Below, in pieces: positions 37,402 through 45,393 of a stretch of 45,393 bases of DNA. A program made the translations under genes and the position numbers. The notes beneath the pieces were generated by a model, which made no database searches, had not been told where the DNA came from, and saw only the letters and a program-made list of their open reading frames with translations. Each line of letters opens with the position of its first letter. Position 1 is the first letter of the stretch. Source of the DNA: Candidatus Haladaptatiplasma halalkaliphilum (GTDB lineage: Archaea > Thermoplasmatota > Thermoplasmata > Halarchaeoplasmatales > Halarchaeoplasmataceae); assembly GCA_019594055.1 (NCBI GenBank), contig JAFDTY010000002.1, positions 1 through 45,393 of the forward strand. Reading direction: 5' to 3'.

Positions 37402-37541
37402 CCAAGATCGTCGCAGTATGCATGCTCGTATCTGCTTTGGTAGCCCTCTTCTTCGTATATGTTCTGATTACAGGAGACATACATGTCATCGATAACGGAC
37501 CCATGAGTACAAGGAAATACCCTCGGGGTTTTTCGACCTGA
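37299..37541 (+). CDS. Possible small membrane protein (80 aa)
   Basis: This is the ATG-initiated part of track ORF 37257..37541. The product is MKKLFLLQLMIFYIF...KIVAVCMLVSALVALFFVYVLI, with two hydrophobic segments. Its 5' part lies in the direct repeat. I recognised no family. Confidence 0.3.
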   Translation: MKKLFLLQLMIFYIFRGMPRILSLTFNPVNVSKKPKIVAVCMLVSALVALFFVYVLITGDIHVIDNGPMSTRKYPRGFST

Positions 37542-37786
37542 TCGTAAAAATTTACGCCGTGTTAATCGTTTTTATATCGGTGATTCAAATGAATTTCGCA
37601 TACTTTGCATAACAAAAGGCGTAACTGGCATATAACCCTCGCCGGGGCCTTCGTGGGGATGCTCTCGGTAGGGATGCTATTCCTATCCACCGTATTCTCC
37701 ATTATCGCCCTGGTACTACTGCTGATATCAAAGGACGATTTTCAATAGGATGGAGTGTCAAAGTTTATATATTTACCGATGTTTAA

Positions 37787-38917
37787 GTGGTTTCCAAAAT
37801 ACAGAGGTGCCATGATTTGGTTCCAGCAAAACTGGTAGCATGTCCCATATGCGAGACGGACATAGATGCGGATAAGACCAAGTGCACGGTATGCGGAATA
37901 CCCCGGAGCCTCATCGAGCTTGATCAATCCATCGAAACCGTCAGCACCGATGAGGTGGAGTCCGTCATCAACGATCTCAACAAGGATATTTTTACACTTG
38001 ATGACGAGGAGATATGGGCGTTGACCAGAAAACTGGGCGCCATAACCAACAGCACCTCCGATGCCTCAACCATTCTCGATGAGGTGATATTCGAGTGCCC
38101 CCTTTGCGGTACCGAAGTGGGTGAGCACGATAGCAAATGCCCCGGCTGTGGGGTAGTATTCGAAGGGGACGATGAAGACGCACCTGCCCGTAGGGAGGAG
38201 TACGAGGCATTGTTCATGCAGGCAAAAGAGGAGTTCATCAAGATAAAAGACATACCCATCTCCCCTACAATCTTAAGTGACCTGCTGAAAGAGTCGATGA
38301 CCGCAAGGATTGAAGGGGATTACACAAAGGCCATCGACCGTTGCCAGGAGGTGATAAACGTATGCAAAAAAATGGGTGTGTTCAAGGACAATGTGAACAG
38401 GTCCAAGGTGCTTCTCAACGATATAAGAAAGTTGGGGGGGAATTACAAAGCACATCTGATAGCCCTTGTTGATGCGAAGGAAATGATCGAAAGGGGCGAT
38501 ATCGAGGAGAGTATCTCCGTAACAGAAAAAGTGCTTGGTGAACTGGATGTGATATACCAGTTCGAGACCTCCTTCCATGAGGTAAAAAAGGATATCAAGC
38601 GTTTCAACAACATGTCCATATCGATACCCTTCAGGGATCTGATCTCCGGGGCGCTAGTAGCAAGGAATTCGGGTGATCATGAAGAGGGGATAAAGGTCGT
38701 AAACGAGATAGTCGAGATGGTATCTCGCTTAGATGTTCAACTGGACAAGATAAGGCAGGGGAAAGAATATATCAGCCAGCTGAGGAAGAAGAAGCGGGAG
38801 TACAAGAGCCATATGGACGAACTTGTATCGGCCAAAAAGATGCTGGAGAAGGGGAAAATTGACCTGGCGGAAAACCAGCTGGATCGAGTAATGAAAAGTA
38901 TACAAGAGAAATTGTGA
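37787..38917 (+). CDS. Double zinc-ribbon protein with TPR/MIT-like helical repeats (paralog family A, short member)
   Basis: CPICETDIDADKTKCTVCG and CPLCGTEVGEHDSKCPGCG have the same spacing and order as in 6406..8646. These are followed by units such as LLKESMTARIEGDYTKAIDRC, LVDAKEMIERGDIEESISV and LVSAKKMLEKGKIDLAENQL. The start codon is a GTG. Confidence 0.7.
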   Translation: MVSKIQRCHDLVPAKLVACPICETDIDADKTKCTVCGIPRSLIELDQSIETVSTDEVESVINDLNKDIFTLDDEEIWALTRKLGAITNSTSDASTILDEVIFECPLCGTEVGEHDSKCPGCGVVFEGDDEDAPARREEYEALFMQAKEEFIKIKDIPISPTILSDLLKESMTARIEGDYTKAIDRCQEVINVCKKMGVFKDNVNRSKVLLNDIRKLGGNYKAHLIALVDAKEMIERGDIEESISVTEKVLGELDVIYQFETSFHEVKKDIKRFNNMSISIPFRDLISGALVARNSGDHEEGIKVVNEIVEMVSRLDVQLDKIRQGKEYISQLRKKKREYKSHMDELVSAKKMLEKGKIDLAENQLDRVMKSIQEKL

Positions 38918-38987
38918 ATCTTTATGTGCCTTGGACCTCCCTGACCGGCGCAAATTTTTTATTACCCGAATCGCCTGATTGGACGTA

Positions 38988-40259
38988 ATGAAGGAAGAGT
39001 CAAGTGAGTTTATATTCCAGTTTTTCGCGTCGGCCTTTGGGGTTATCGTTCTGTTCCTGGCCGCACTAAGGAGCGACTTGCTGCTCTCATTCCTAAGCAT
39101 CGTTTTCCTTGTTTTGATGAATAAGACCCTGGATATCGAGCCCGAACCCTACCGTAAATATTGCCTGAAAAACCTTAAAGGAGATCTATTCTTCTGGTGC
39201 TTTTTTCCGTTGTTGCTGGGTGCCATAGGTGCCACCGGGCTTATCGACATGTACTTCTACTTCGTGTTTTTCAGGGATATCGCCTTCACCACTCTTGCAG
39301 GGGTGTACGCCTTCATGTTGCTGGTGAATCTCGAATACTATACCGATTTTCGGGCCAACCGTCCCTTTACGCTGTATTTTGTGGTGATGGTTACAATGAC
39401 ATCGGGTGCCATCATCGGGGTGAGCCGTTTTCTCCAGGATGTATATCTGGGTACTATATTCATCTCCGGGAATACTCATATGATGGTGTTTTTTATCATA
39501 ATCACCATCCTTAGCGTAGCCTTTGCCGTCAACATCTACGGTTACATCAAAACCTACGAATTCTTCCCCATATCGAGCATGACATCGGATTTCCGCATCA
39601 AAATGAATTTCAGAGAGCGAAGGGCGGATTTTCTTGACTTCCTCAACGAACTGTTCGGCAAGTACGATCGCCCTTCCTTCATGCTGGCCGCGAGGGTACT
39701 GCAGATATGTATCCTCGCAACGGTGATCTACGGTGTATATATGAGAAGTATTGTGGTTTTTTCATGGAGTGCCTTCTCGCTCATGTTTGCCATATCGCCC
39801 GATCTATTCGCAAGGAGGATCTACAAGAGAGCACCATCCGTGCTTTATCTCTGGATCGCAGTGTCAACCTTCATATTCGCCTTCGGCAGACCCATGGGGT
39901 TCTACACTCGTTTCCCCTTCTGGTCGGGGCTAACTCACTGTGTCACAGGCACGTTGGTGGGGGTTCTGGTATTTTCGTTACTGGTCTATCTAAACTGGCT
40001 CCCCGAAGACATCTACATACCCCCTTATCTCCTCGTGGCGGTGGTCCTCGTGGCCATATTCCCCATAGGGGTTATCTGGGAGATATCGGAGTTTTACGTG
40101 GATACCCTTTACGGTCGTGGCCTCCAGGAAGGGGTATTTGACACCACAACTGACCTTCTGTGCAACTTCCTAGGCACGGTGATATCCATGTGCATACTAT
40201 TACTGATGAAGCTGGATTGGACTGCACGGAAGGCTTTGGCGGAAGGCCATGGAGGTTGA
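38988..40259 (+). CDS. Polytopic integral membrane protein, unknown function
   Basis: About 10 hydrophobic segments are present. The C-terminal segment is PIGVIWEISEFYVDTLYGRGLQEGVFDTTTDLLCNFLG. The ATG at 38988 is preferred over the TTG at 38979. Confidence 0.65.
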   Translation: MKEESSEFIFQFFASAFGVIVLFLAALRSDLLLSFLSIVFLVLMNKTLDIEPEPYRKYCLKNLKGDLFFWCFFPLLLGAIGATGLIDMYFYFVFFRDIAFTTLAGVYAFMLLVNLEYYTDFRANRPFTLYFVVMVTMTSGAIIGVSRFLQDVYLGTIFISGNTHMMVFFIIITILSVAFAVNIYGYIKTYEFFPISSMTSDFRIKMNFRERRADFLDFLNELFGKYDRPSFMLAARVLQICILATVIYGVYMRSIVVFSWSAFSLMFAISPDLFARRIYKRAPSVLYLWIAVSTFIFAFGRPMGFYTRFPFWSGLTHCVTGTLVGVLVFSLLVYLNWLPEDIYIPPYLLVAVVLVAIFPIGVIWEISEFYVDTLYGRGLQEGVFDTTTDLLCNFLGTVISMCILLLMKLDWTARKALAEGHGG

Positions 40260-40305
40260 TGTGTATATTATACATCTCTCGACCACGGTAATTAACGTAA
40301 GTGTA

Positions 40306-41841
40306 CTATAGATATCCGTCCGGCTTGCTTATATCATCGTCTTCCATGGTGTAATCCATGGTCTTACCGCCGTCGCACTCGGTTTTGCAGGCACGGACGA
40401 AGTCCGAATGTGTCACCTCTTCTTTGCCAAGGGCCAGGGCCTGCCGGGCGGCATTGAGTACCGCGTTCCTGATCTGCCCACCGGTGAACTCGTATTCCCT
40501 GGCAAGCTCCTTCAGGTCAACATCGTCTGCCAGCGGCAATTCTTCCGGTATGTGGACCTTCCATATATTCAGCCTGGCATCCGCCTCGGGCCTTGGGAAC
40601 ATGACCTTCATGGCCATCCTCCGTTCCAGGGCCCTGTCCATACCCCGGGCAAGGTTAGAGGTGAGTATCAGCACACCGCTATGTTCCTCCATCTTCTGAA
40701 GGAATATGTTCACTATCCTGTTTTCCGTTGAATCCACACCGGAGCCCCTGTTACCCCTGTGGGCAAGTATACCGTCTGCCTCGTCCACCAGTAGTATCAC
40801 ATCTTCCCTTTCAACGATGTCAAAAAGAGATTCAACGTTCTTTTCCGTTTCACCGTAATAACAGTTGATCAAATGATCGAACTCAACTATGTAAACTTCC
40901 ATCCCAAGCTCTTTACCCAATGCCTTGGCGGTGAGGGTTTTGCCGGTACCGGAGGGTCCTGCGAACAGTATGTTTATACCGGTTCCGGCGATCTTTTTCA
41001 GATTCCATTCCCTGTACAACTTGTCCTTCTCTTTGATCTGTGTCATCAAAGCTTGTATATCTCTTCTGACACTGTCCTTGAGCACTACATCAGTCATGGA
41101 GAAAGACAGATCGGCCTTCCTCACCTGTTCCGAACCTCTATCATGTCTGCGTGGTCTTCCACGATGCTTCGTTTCCAGTTCATCTTCATCCATGATCACC
41201 GCTCCCAGCATCATGTCGACCAGATCCTCGTTTATCTCGAAGTAAGTGCCTTCCGTGCTCCGACCTGTGTGGCGCCTATGCATATTTCTAGGGATGAAAC
41301 GATCCACAGACCTCGAACTCCGGGATACGATCATGTTCTTTTGGGAGAGCGTGCTGTTCTCGCTCAGCAGTATCCTCCCCTCCTCGATGGGAGTTCCGTG
41401 GAGCACGTTGAGCAGGGCGATGAGCACCTCGCCTTTCACTGCAGGTTCCAGGGTATCTATGCCCACACCCCTGGCAGAATAGAGTAGCTTCACGATCGTT
41501 TCCTCCTGTTGTGAAATTTTGAAGTCTTCAAGTACACTTGTGGATGTGAAGGGTTCGCCCAAGGTTTTTTCGCTTTTCTTTCTCATATCTTCCAGAGATC
41601 CCATACGGTTCCGTATGTCTTCTGAAAAGCTATGGAAACCTTCCCGGGTGGGACGTGACATAAGATAATTTGCCTTTTCGATCAACTCCCTGCCTACGCT
41701 ACCAAGTGCCCGCAGATAATGGCCGTTGTCCTGGTAGAGTTCCAAGTCGTCCGTTGGACCTTCGGAACCCATAAGCTTCAACTTTTCCCTGTCGGCCTGC
41801 CTGCGGATGTTCTCATCATCGTATCCCGGGCTAATATGCAT
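40306..41841 (-). CDS. Single-module classical AAA+ ATPase with a 270-aa uncharacterised N-terminal region
   Basis: Walker A is ILFAGPSGTGKT and Walker B is ILLVDEAD. The second region of homology is TSNLARGMDRALERR. An AGGAGG box lies directly upstream (aaaacaggagggATG), 12 nt after the stop of the upstream gene. Confidence 0.85.
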   Translation of the reverse strand: MHISPGYDDENIRRQADREKLKLMGSEGPTDDLELYQDNGHYLRALGSVGRELIEKANYLMSRPTREGFHSFSEDIRNRMGSLEDMRKKSEKTLGEPFTSTSVLEDFKISQQEETIVKLLYSARGVGIDTLEPAVKGEVLIALLNVLHGTPIEEGRILLSENSTLSQKNMIVSRSSRSVDRFIPRNMHRRHTGRSTEGTYFEINEDLVDMMLGAVIMDEDELETKHRGRPRRHDRGSEQVRKADLSFSMTDVVLKDSVRRDIQALMTQIKEKDKLYREWNLKKIAGTGINILFAGPSGTGKTLTAKALGKELGMEVYIVEFDHLINCYYGETEKNVESLFDIVEREDVILLVDEADGILAHRGNRGSGVDSTENRIVNIFLQKMEEHSGVLILTSNLARGMDRALERRMAMKVMFPRPEADARLNIWKVHIPEELPLADDVDLKELAREYEFTGGQIRNAVLNAARQALALGKEEVTHSDFVRACKTECDGGKTMDYTMEDDDISKPDGYL

Positions 41842-41853
41842 CCCTCCTGTTTT

Positions 41854-42996
41854 TCATGTCTTGTACCCCCTGGAATCCAAGTCCCTCCATACCTCGTTCT
41901 GGGTGCTCTTCGGGTTCTCCATCCTGTAGATGGTGGGCCTCATGGGGTGGTTTCTCGGCGATGCAAAGCGATGATTGGCGCACAGTGTCTGGAGTGTCAG
42001 ACTCATGGTTGAGTTTGCGTTCATGGTAACCCGGGTTTCCCCCTGTGTCACCAGATTCTGTACCGCCGCTTTGGGGTCTATGACCTCGAAGAGGTATCCC
42101 TTAGGCACTTTTACTGTTACCTGTTGGTTTGTATTGTTCTCCAGCAGCAGATCGACCATGAGACCCGATTCGTTTCTTCCTCCCTTTGCATATCTTACGG
42201 TTATCATCTTTGAGCGTACCATGACCGGTAGGGAGTCCTCAGAGTCTTCTTCCACCAATCCCATGACCTCCGGTGAAATTTTCCGGATCTTTTCGGGAAG
42301 AGCGCCACCCCTGTAGCCCGCCCTCTCCAATGCGAAGGATCTGATCAATGTTCGACCGCCAACACCGTCTTGCCCGTCGGGTATGTACCTTATCTCCGGT
42401 AACGTTTCCCAAACTCCACGGTCAACAAGTTCCGTTTCATTGTTTTCTTCATCGTCGAAAACGAACAACCTTCCATGCTGCTCTTCCCCTTGTATCTCCA
42501 GTTCTCCCGTATCCTTGTTTACCAACCAGCTCTCCACGAAGACCTTGTTGTCCCGATACGTATGGATCATGAACTGGGAAGGTATGCAGATATGATCTCT
42601 GTGAAAACTCCTGTGTAGTGGAGATACGATCACAAATACTACGAAATATATCCGTTCGTCCATGTTTTCTACCAATCCTATCATGGAAGATTCCAACTCC
42701 CTGATACCAAAATTCTCCGTCTCCGCCAGCTCACCTACGGTGAACAGATTCACGCTGTCCTTTGAATGTGTTCTACGGTCCCTTACCAACTCGTCCGCGG
42801 AAGGTGGCGACCACCTATCCATGGGTAATAGACCGGCATCGGCATCCACCATTTCATGTACACCGTGATCCTCCATCAACGAGATCATATCCCCCTTTAA
42901 CATCAGTCTCTTTTGATCTTCCAGGGTCTCTCCGCTCACCAGCACGTAGACCCCGGGGCACACTTCGCCCAATCCTTTTTTTCTGTTATCCGGCAT
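41854..42996 (-). CDS. Hypothetical protein (380 aa), operon partner of the AAA+ ATPase
   Basis: The ORF is long and clean with an acidic central region. The beta-rich C-terminal part is LLLENNTNQQVTVKVPKGYLFEVIDPKAAVQNLVTQGETRVTMNANSTMSLTLQTLCANHRF. I could not assign a family with confidence. Confidence 0.7.
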   Translation of the reverse strand: MPDNRKKGLGEVCPGVYVLVSGETLEDQKRLMLKGDMISLMEDHGVHEMVDADAGLLPMDRWSPPSADELVRDRRTHSKDSVNLFTVGELAETENFGIRELESSMIGLVENMDERIYFVVFVIVSPLHRSFHRDHICIPSQFMIHTYRDNKVFVESWLVNKDTGELEIQGEEQHGRLFVFDDEENNETELVDRGVWETLPEIRYIPDGQDGVGGRTLIRSFALERAGYRGGALPEKIRKISPEVMGLVEEDSEDSLPVMVRSKMITVRYAKGGRNESGLMVDLLLENNTNQQVTVKVPKGYLFEVIDPKAAVQNLVTQGETRVTMNANSTMSLTLQTLCANHRFASPRNHPMRPTIYRMENPKSTQNEVWRDLDSRGYKT

Positions 42997-43019
42997 CTTT
43001 TTGCACCGCAGATATCTAT

Positions 43020-43069
43020 GTTGATAACGTATATATACTAGAGCACGTTATTGTTGTTATAGATGTTAT
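43020..43069. promoter_or_regulatory. GTTAT-repeat candidate operator in the divergent promoter
   Basis: Three direct GTTAT pentamers have exact 9-nt phasing (43047, 43056, 43065). The near-palindrome gttgataac lies at 43020..43028, and a tatatatac TATA-like element lies between them. Confidence 0.35.
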
Positions 43070-43082
43070 TCAGGTGGATATC

Positions 43083-43853
43083 ATGGTAAGGCACGCACCG
43101 AGAAATCTTAGAGTAGTGATCTTCTGTATGGGCATAGAAACGGTAAAGCACATCGCACCGCTAAGGTACTTCGGTGCGGACAGGGCATACATGCTTTACC
43201 TGGAAAACAAGGCGCTGTTCAAGGTCTTCCGCAAGGAAGTCTCCAAACAGGCGAACGAGATACTTTCCGAACCACTGGAGGAGGTGGAGGTGAAGGTTTA
43301 CGATTTCACAAGCACCATGGCCGAGTTGTTGAGGATCGTCAGGAAGGAGAAGGAGGCCGGTAACGTGGTCTACATGAATCTGGACGGCCCGCCCAATTAC
43401 GCTGCCGCCGCCATGATAACCGCCATGATGGAGGACTGTCTTACGTTCTTCACGCCCACCATAGACCACCAGATAATCGACGCCAAGATGTTCCAGGATG
43501 AGGATGGTAACCTGGTGGGTCTGAGCAAGGACGTTGAGGACCCGGTGGTCGTACCCAAATTCCAACTGAGGATGCCTGCTGAAGAAGTGGTGAAAGGATT
43601 ACGGGTATGGAGAAACCGTATGGAGAAAGGTTGGATAATGACCGATACCGCCATGGTGGAGGACCTTCGGAAGGAAAATCTCATGGGAAAGCACAACCAC
43701 GAAGGAAAGGTGAGCCAGAGCGCCAAGATGTACTACCGCCGCCACTTCAAGGATAAGTGGGAATACCTGGGCTGGATGGAGAAAGATCACAAGGGTAGGT
43801 ACGTGCTGACGGAGAAGGGAGAGGTGGCTGCGGACGTGTTCTATGTGGAGTGA
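43083..43853 (+). CDS. Putative transcriptional regulator: Rossmann-like (Csa3/CARF-like topology) N-domain plus C-terminal winged-helix-like domain
   Basis: The 256-aa product starts at the ATG at 43083. The N-terminus is LRVVIFCMGIETVKHIAPLRYFGADRAYMLYLEN, followed by VVYMNLDGPPNYAAA. The C-terminus is KMYYRRHFKDKWEYLGWMEKDHKGRYVLTEKGE, resembling a wHTH wing. The part of the track ORF upstream of 43083 overlaps the divergent gene and promoter and is discounted. Confidence 0.45.
   Translation: MVRHAPRNLRVVIFCMGIETVKHIAPLRYFGADRAYMLYLENKALFKVFRKEVSKQANEILSEPLEEVEVKVYDFTSTMAELLRIVRKEKEAGNVVYMNLDGPPNYAAAAMITAMMEDCLTFFTPTIDHQIIDAKMFQDEDGNLVGLSKDVEDPVVVPKFQLRMPAEEVVKGLRVWRNRMEKGWIMTDTAMVEDLRKENLMGKHNHEGKVSQSAKMYYRRHFKDKWEYLGWMEKDHKGRYVLTEKGEVAADVFYVE
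43593..43664 (+). repeat. Segment of the regulator gene that is duplicated at the window end
   Basis: The sequence aaaggattacgggtatggagaaa[ccgtatggagaaa]ggttggataatgaccgataccgccatggtggaggac recurs at 45335..45393 without the bracketed 13 nt. Confidence 0.85.
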
Positions 43854-44067
43854 ATCGATGCATCGTGGTTGTATCCGGCATTGATGTTGGTAAGACGTGT
43901 TCACGGATTTTTCAAGGCATCTATATCAATGATCACCATTTAGTGAAAATCCTTATCTTCAACTTCGCCTTTGGTCTTTACAGTCGCTTGTTGACACTTT
44001 GCTTCTTTGTACAGGAGTATTTCACTGAAGGAAGTAATATATCCGCTTTCCTCTCTTCTATTTTCTT

Positions 44068-44715
44068 TCAATTAACTTCCGACCTCGAATCATTGTTTTG
44101 ACTCTGAAGTTTCTGCCAGGCATTAGCAGAATCCAGGAAACCCTGAGGACTTTCGTTTCGTTCCATGAAGTCCGATATTAGTTCAGCTGATTCATCTGGC
44201 GTGAGCTTGCCCGTGTCCAGTACCAGGTCATAGATGAAGTGGGGATTATACACCTCGTCATATAACCCCTCTGCCAACCCTGGAACCCGGTCGCCACGCT
44301 CTCTCTCGCGTCTGACCACCACTTCCTTCTCTGGTTTGATGCCTATAAAGTAGACAGTTTCTGCTGCGAGTATTTCAAAATACGGTGTCACTCTGTTCGC
44401 GTTGAACAGTACCTCGTCGATGATGAGATTATAGCCCAGTTCCGACAGCATTTTGTAAAAGCGGATAGCGGTCTCATAAACTGGGTACATGTAGGAAGAA
44501 ACTACCAATCTCGCCTGAGGACGGCCGTCTTCCTCTTTTATAATGAGCTTGATGGCCTGCTCGTCGAAGGGCGGGAAATCACACTTAGCCGGGAACACAG
44601 TCTGAACCATGGTATCTACTCCGTAGAGTAGCAATACACCGGGATACTTCTCCTGCAAAACGCGAGCGATGGTGGTCTTTCCAGCCGATGAGGTTCCATT
44701 CAGGAGAATGATCAT
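44068..44715 (-). CDS. Chloramphenicol-phosphotransferase-like P-loop kinase (CPT family)
   Basis: The N-terminus is MIILLNGTSSAGKTTIARVLQ, followed by LLYGVDT and NLIIDEVL, the pattern of CPT-like kinases. Confidence 0.7.
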   Translation of the reverse strand: MIILLNGTSSAGKTTIARVLQEKYPGVLLLYGVDTMVQTVFPAKCDFPPFDEQAIKLIIKEEDGRPQARLVVSSYMYPVYETAIRFYKMLSELGYNLIIDEVLFNANRVTPYFEILAAETVYFIGIKPEKEVVVRRERERGDRVPGLAEGLYDEVYNPHFIYDLVLDTGKLTPDESAELISDFMERNESPQGFLDSANAWQKLQSQNNDSRSEVN

Positions 44716-44717
44716 GG

Positions 44718-45149
44718 TTATGAGGGAAAGGATCGGTCATCCGCCTGTCGTAAATCTATGAATGAAAAATGGAACTGCGCAATGAGCCACTGGTCTTTTT
44801 GTTTGACAAAGACCACACTGATTCTGCATGGGAGGGTTTCTTGTGTTCCTTCCGTCGCCCATGATAGAGTGCCATCCGCCGCAATCCAGGCAACGTCTCC
44901 GAAGACTGAAACGTGATGCCATTCATCCTTGTAGTCGACACCTTCCACCTGCGACAGATCCCTCTGTAATTGTGCTTTGGCTTCCCCTCGGCCCACCCTT
45001 CTCTCGTCCTGTCCTGAGCCTAGAAATACCACTTCGGGGTCCTGAACAAGTGTTTCCATTGCAGTGTTGAGATCATCGGTGGTATATGCTTCGAAGAACT
45101 TGTGGAATACAGTCATTACCGCCGCTTCGGTCTGCTTGTCTGCCTTCAT
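44718..45149 (-). CDS. NTF2/SnoaL-like fold protein (DUF4440-like)
   Basis: The 143-aa product has the pattern ...FHKFFEAYTTDDLNTAMETL...DVAWIAADGTL...RISVVFVKQKDQWLIAQFHFS, typical of the cone-shaped alpha+beta barrel family. It lies 2 nt upstream of the kinase gene. Confidence 0.6.
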   Translation of the reverse strand: MKADKQTEAAVMTVFHKFFEAYTTDDLNTAMETLVQDPEVVFLGSGQDERRVGRGEAKAQLQRDLSQVEGVDYKDEWHHVSVFGDVAWIAADGTLSWATEGTQETLPCRISVVFVKQKDQWLIAQFHFSFIDLRQADDRSFPS

Positions 45150-45334
45150 GTTCTGCTTTCCTCCCTCTTATAGATAAACAAAGTCATGAACATATAGTAT
45201 GGTATTTTGTATTTAATATTTTGCAAACCTAAATTGCATGTGTATTCCTGAAAGTATTTCCTACATTAGTAAACGTTAAGAAACCACGCTATGTTTCAGA
45301 ACCAATGAAGCTGAACAAGAGGAAGATACTGGTT

Positions 45335-45393
45335 AAAGGATTACGGGTATGGAGAAAGGTTGGATAATGACCGATACCGCCATGGTGGAGGAC
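45335..45393 (+). repeat. Second copy of the regulator-gene 3' segment (runs off the window)
   Basis: It is identical by eye to 43593..43615 plus 43629..43664. An ATG at 45349 would restart the same reading frame (MEKGWIMTDTAMVED...). The upstream similarity (gaagatactggttaaagg versus gaagaagtggtgaaagg) is weaker, and the 13-nt difference shifts the frame. Confidence 0.8.

Noticed and set aside
37593-37748. A small hydrophobic ORF (…GMLSVGMLFLSTVFSIIALVLLLISKDDFQ) between the right direct repeat and gene 37787..38917.
   Set aside because: It has only a TTG/GTG or a late ATG start (29 aa), no ribosome-binding or promoter signal I could see, and no recognisable family. It is too weak to annotate.
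40306-41841. The AAA+ ATPase, considered as proteasome-activating nucleotidase (PAN), Cdc48/VAT or a contractile-injection-system ATPase.
   Set aside because: It has only one AAA module and no N-terminal coiled-coil/OB or double-psi barrel. No sheath, tube or baseplate genes lie nearby. None of these assignments is supported.
42762-43082. The long N-terminal extension of the regulator ORF in the track (363 aa).
   Set aside because: The extension is Pro/Arg-rich, overlaps the 5' end of the divergent 380-aa gene and the promoter region, and starts at a non-ATG codon. The ATG at 43083 gives a compact product starting with the beta-strand LRVVIF.

Overview
This 45.4-kb window is an archaeal chromosomal segment. 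The archaeal assignment rests on aIF-1A, aIF-2alpha, ribosomal proteins L44e and S27e, Tsr3, ArcS, form III RuBisCO, and TATA-like boxes about 25 nt upstream of several start codons. The finer lineage cannot be determined from the sequence alone. It is gene-dense, with roughly 40 credible CDS and 2 tRNAs, and mostly housekeeping. The housekeeping set includes thiC, a three-gene AMP-salvage operon (ribose-1,5-bisphosphate isomerase, form III RuBisCO, AMP phosphorylase), arcS, metG, pyrG, guaA subunit A, pdxT, purF, purA, an FKBP isomerase, trkH/trkA, and the L44e-S27e-aIF2alpha operon. Several non-standard elements sit among these genes.

1. The most interesting one is a ubiquitin-system-like module at 27.8-33.5 kb. 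It comprises a possible beta-grasp domain fused to a UBC/E2-like core that keeps the YPF...PP...HPN signature but lacks the catalytic Cys. Next to it are a stand-alone Cdc48/VAT-N-like barrel and a divergently transcribed 1452-aa helical-repeat protein. That protein ends in a beta-sandwich plus a C4HC3 (PHD/RING-variant spacing) zinc finger.
2. Three proteins in the window share a paralogous helical-repeat family; two of them have N-terminal double zinc ribbons.
3. Two translationally coupled genes encode 14 tandem helix-turn-helix modules.
4. A two-gene module (380-aa unknown protein plus single-module AAA+ ATPase) lies divergent from a putative Rossmann-like + wHTH regulator, with a GTTAT-repeat promoter between them.
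5. An AT-rich islet carries an alpha/beta-hydrolase with a basic Cys/Trp-rich tail and is bracketed by about 177-bp direct repeats.
6. A two-gene cassette is bracketed by a duplicated 3' fragment of the regulator gene.
7. Dense arrays of perfect short hairpins surround both tRNA genes.

No CRISPR array, rRNA, transposase or integrase was seen. All functional calls come from reading motifs by eye; no database search was possible.
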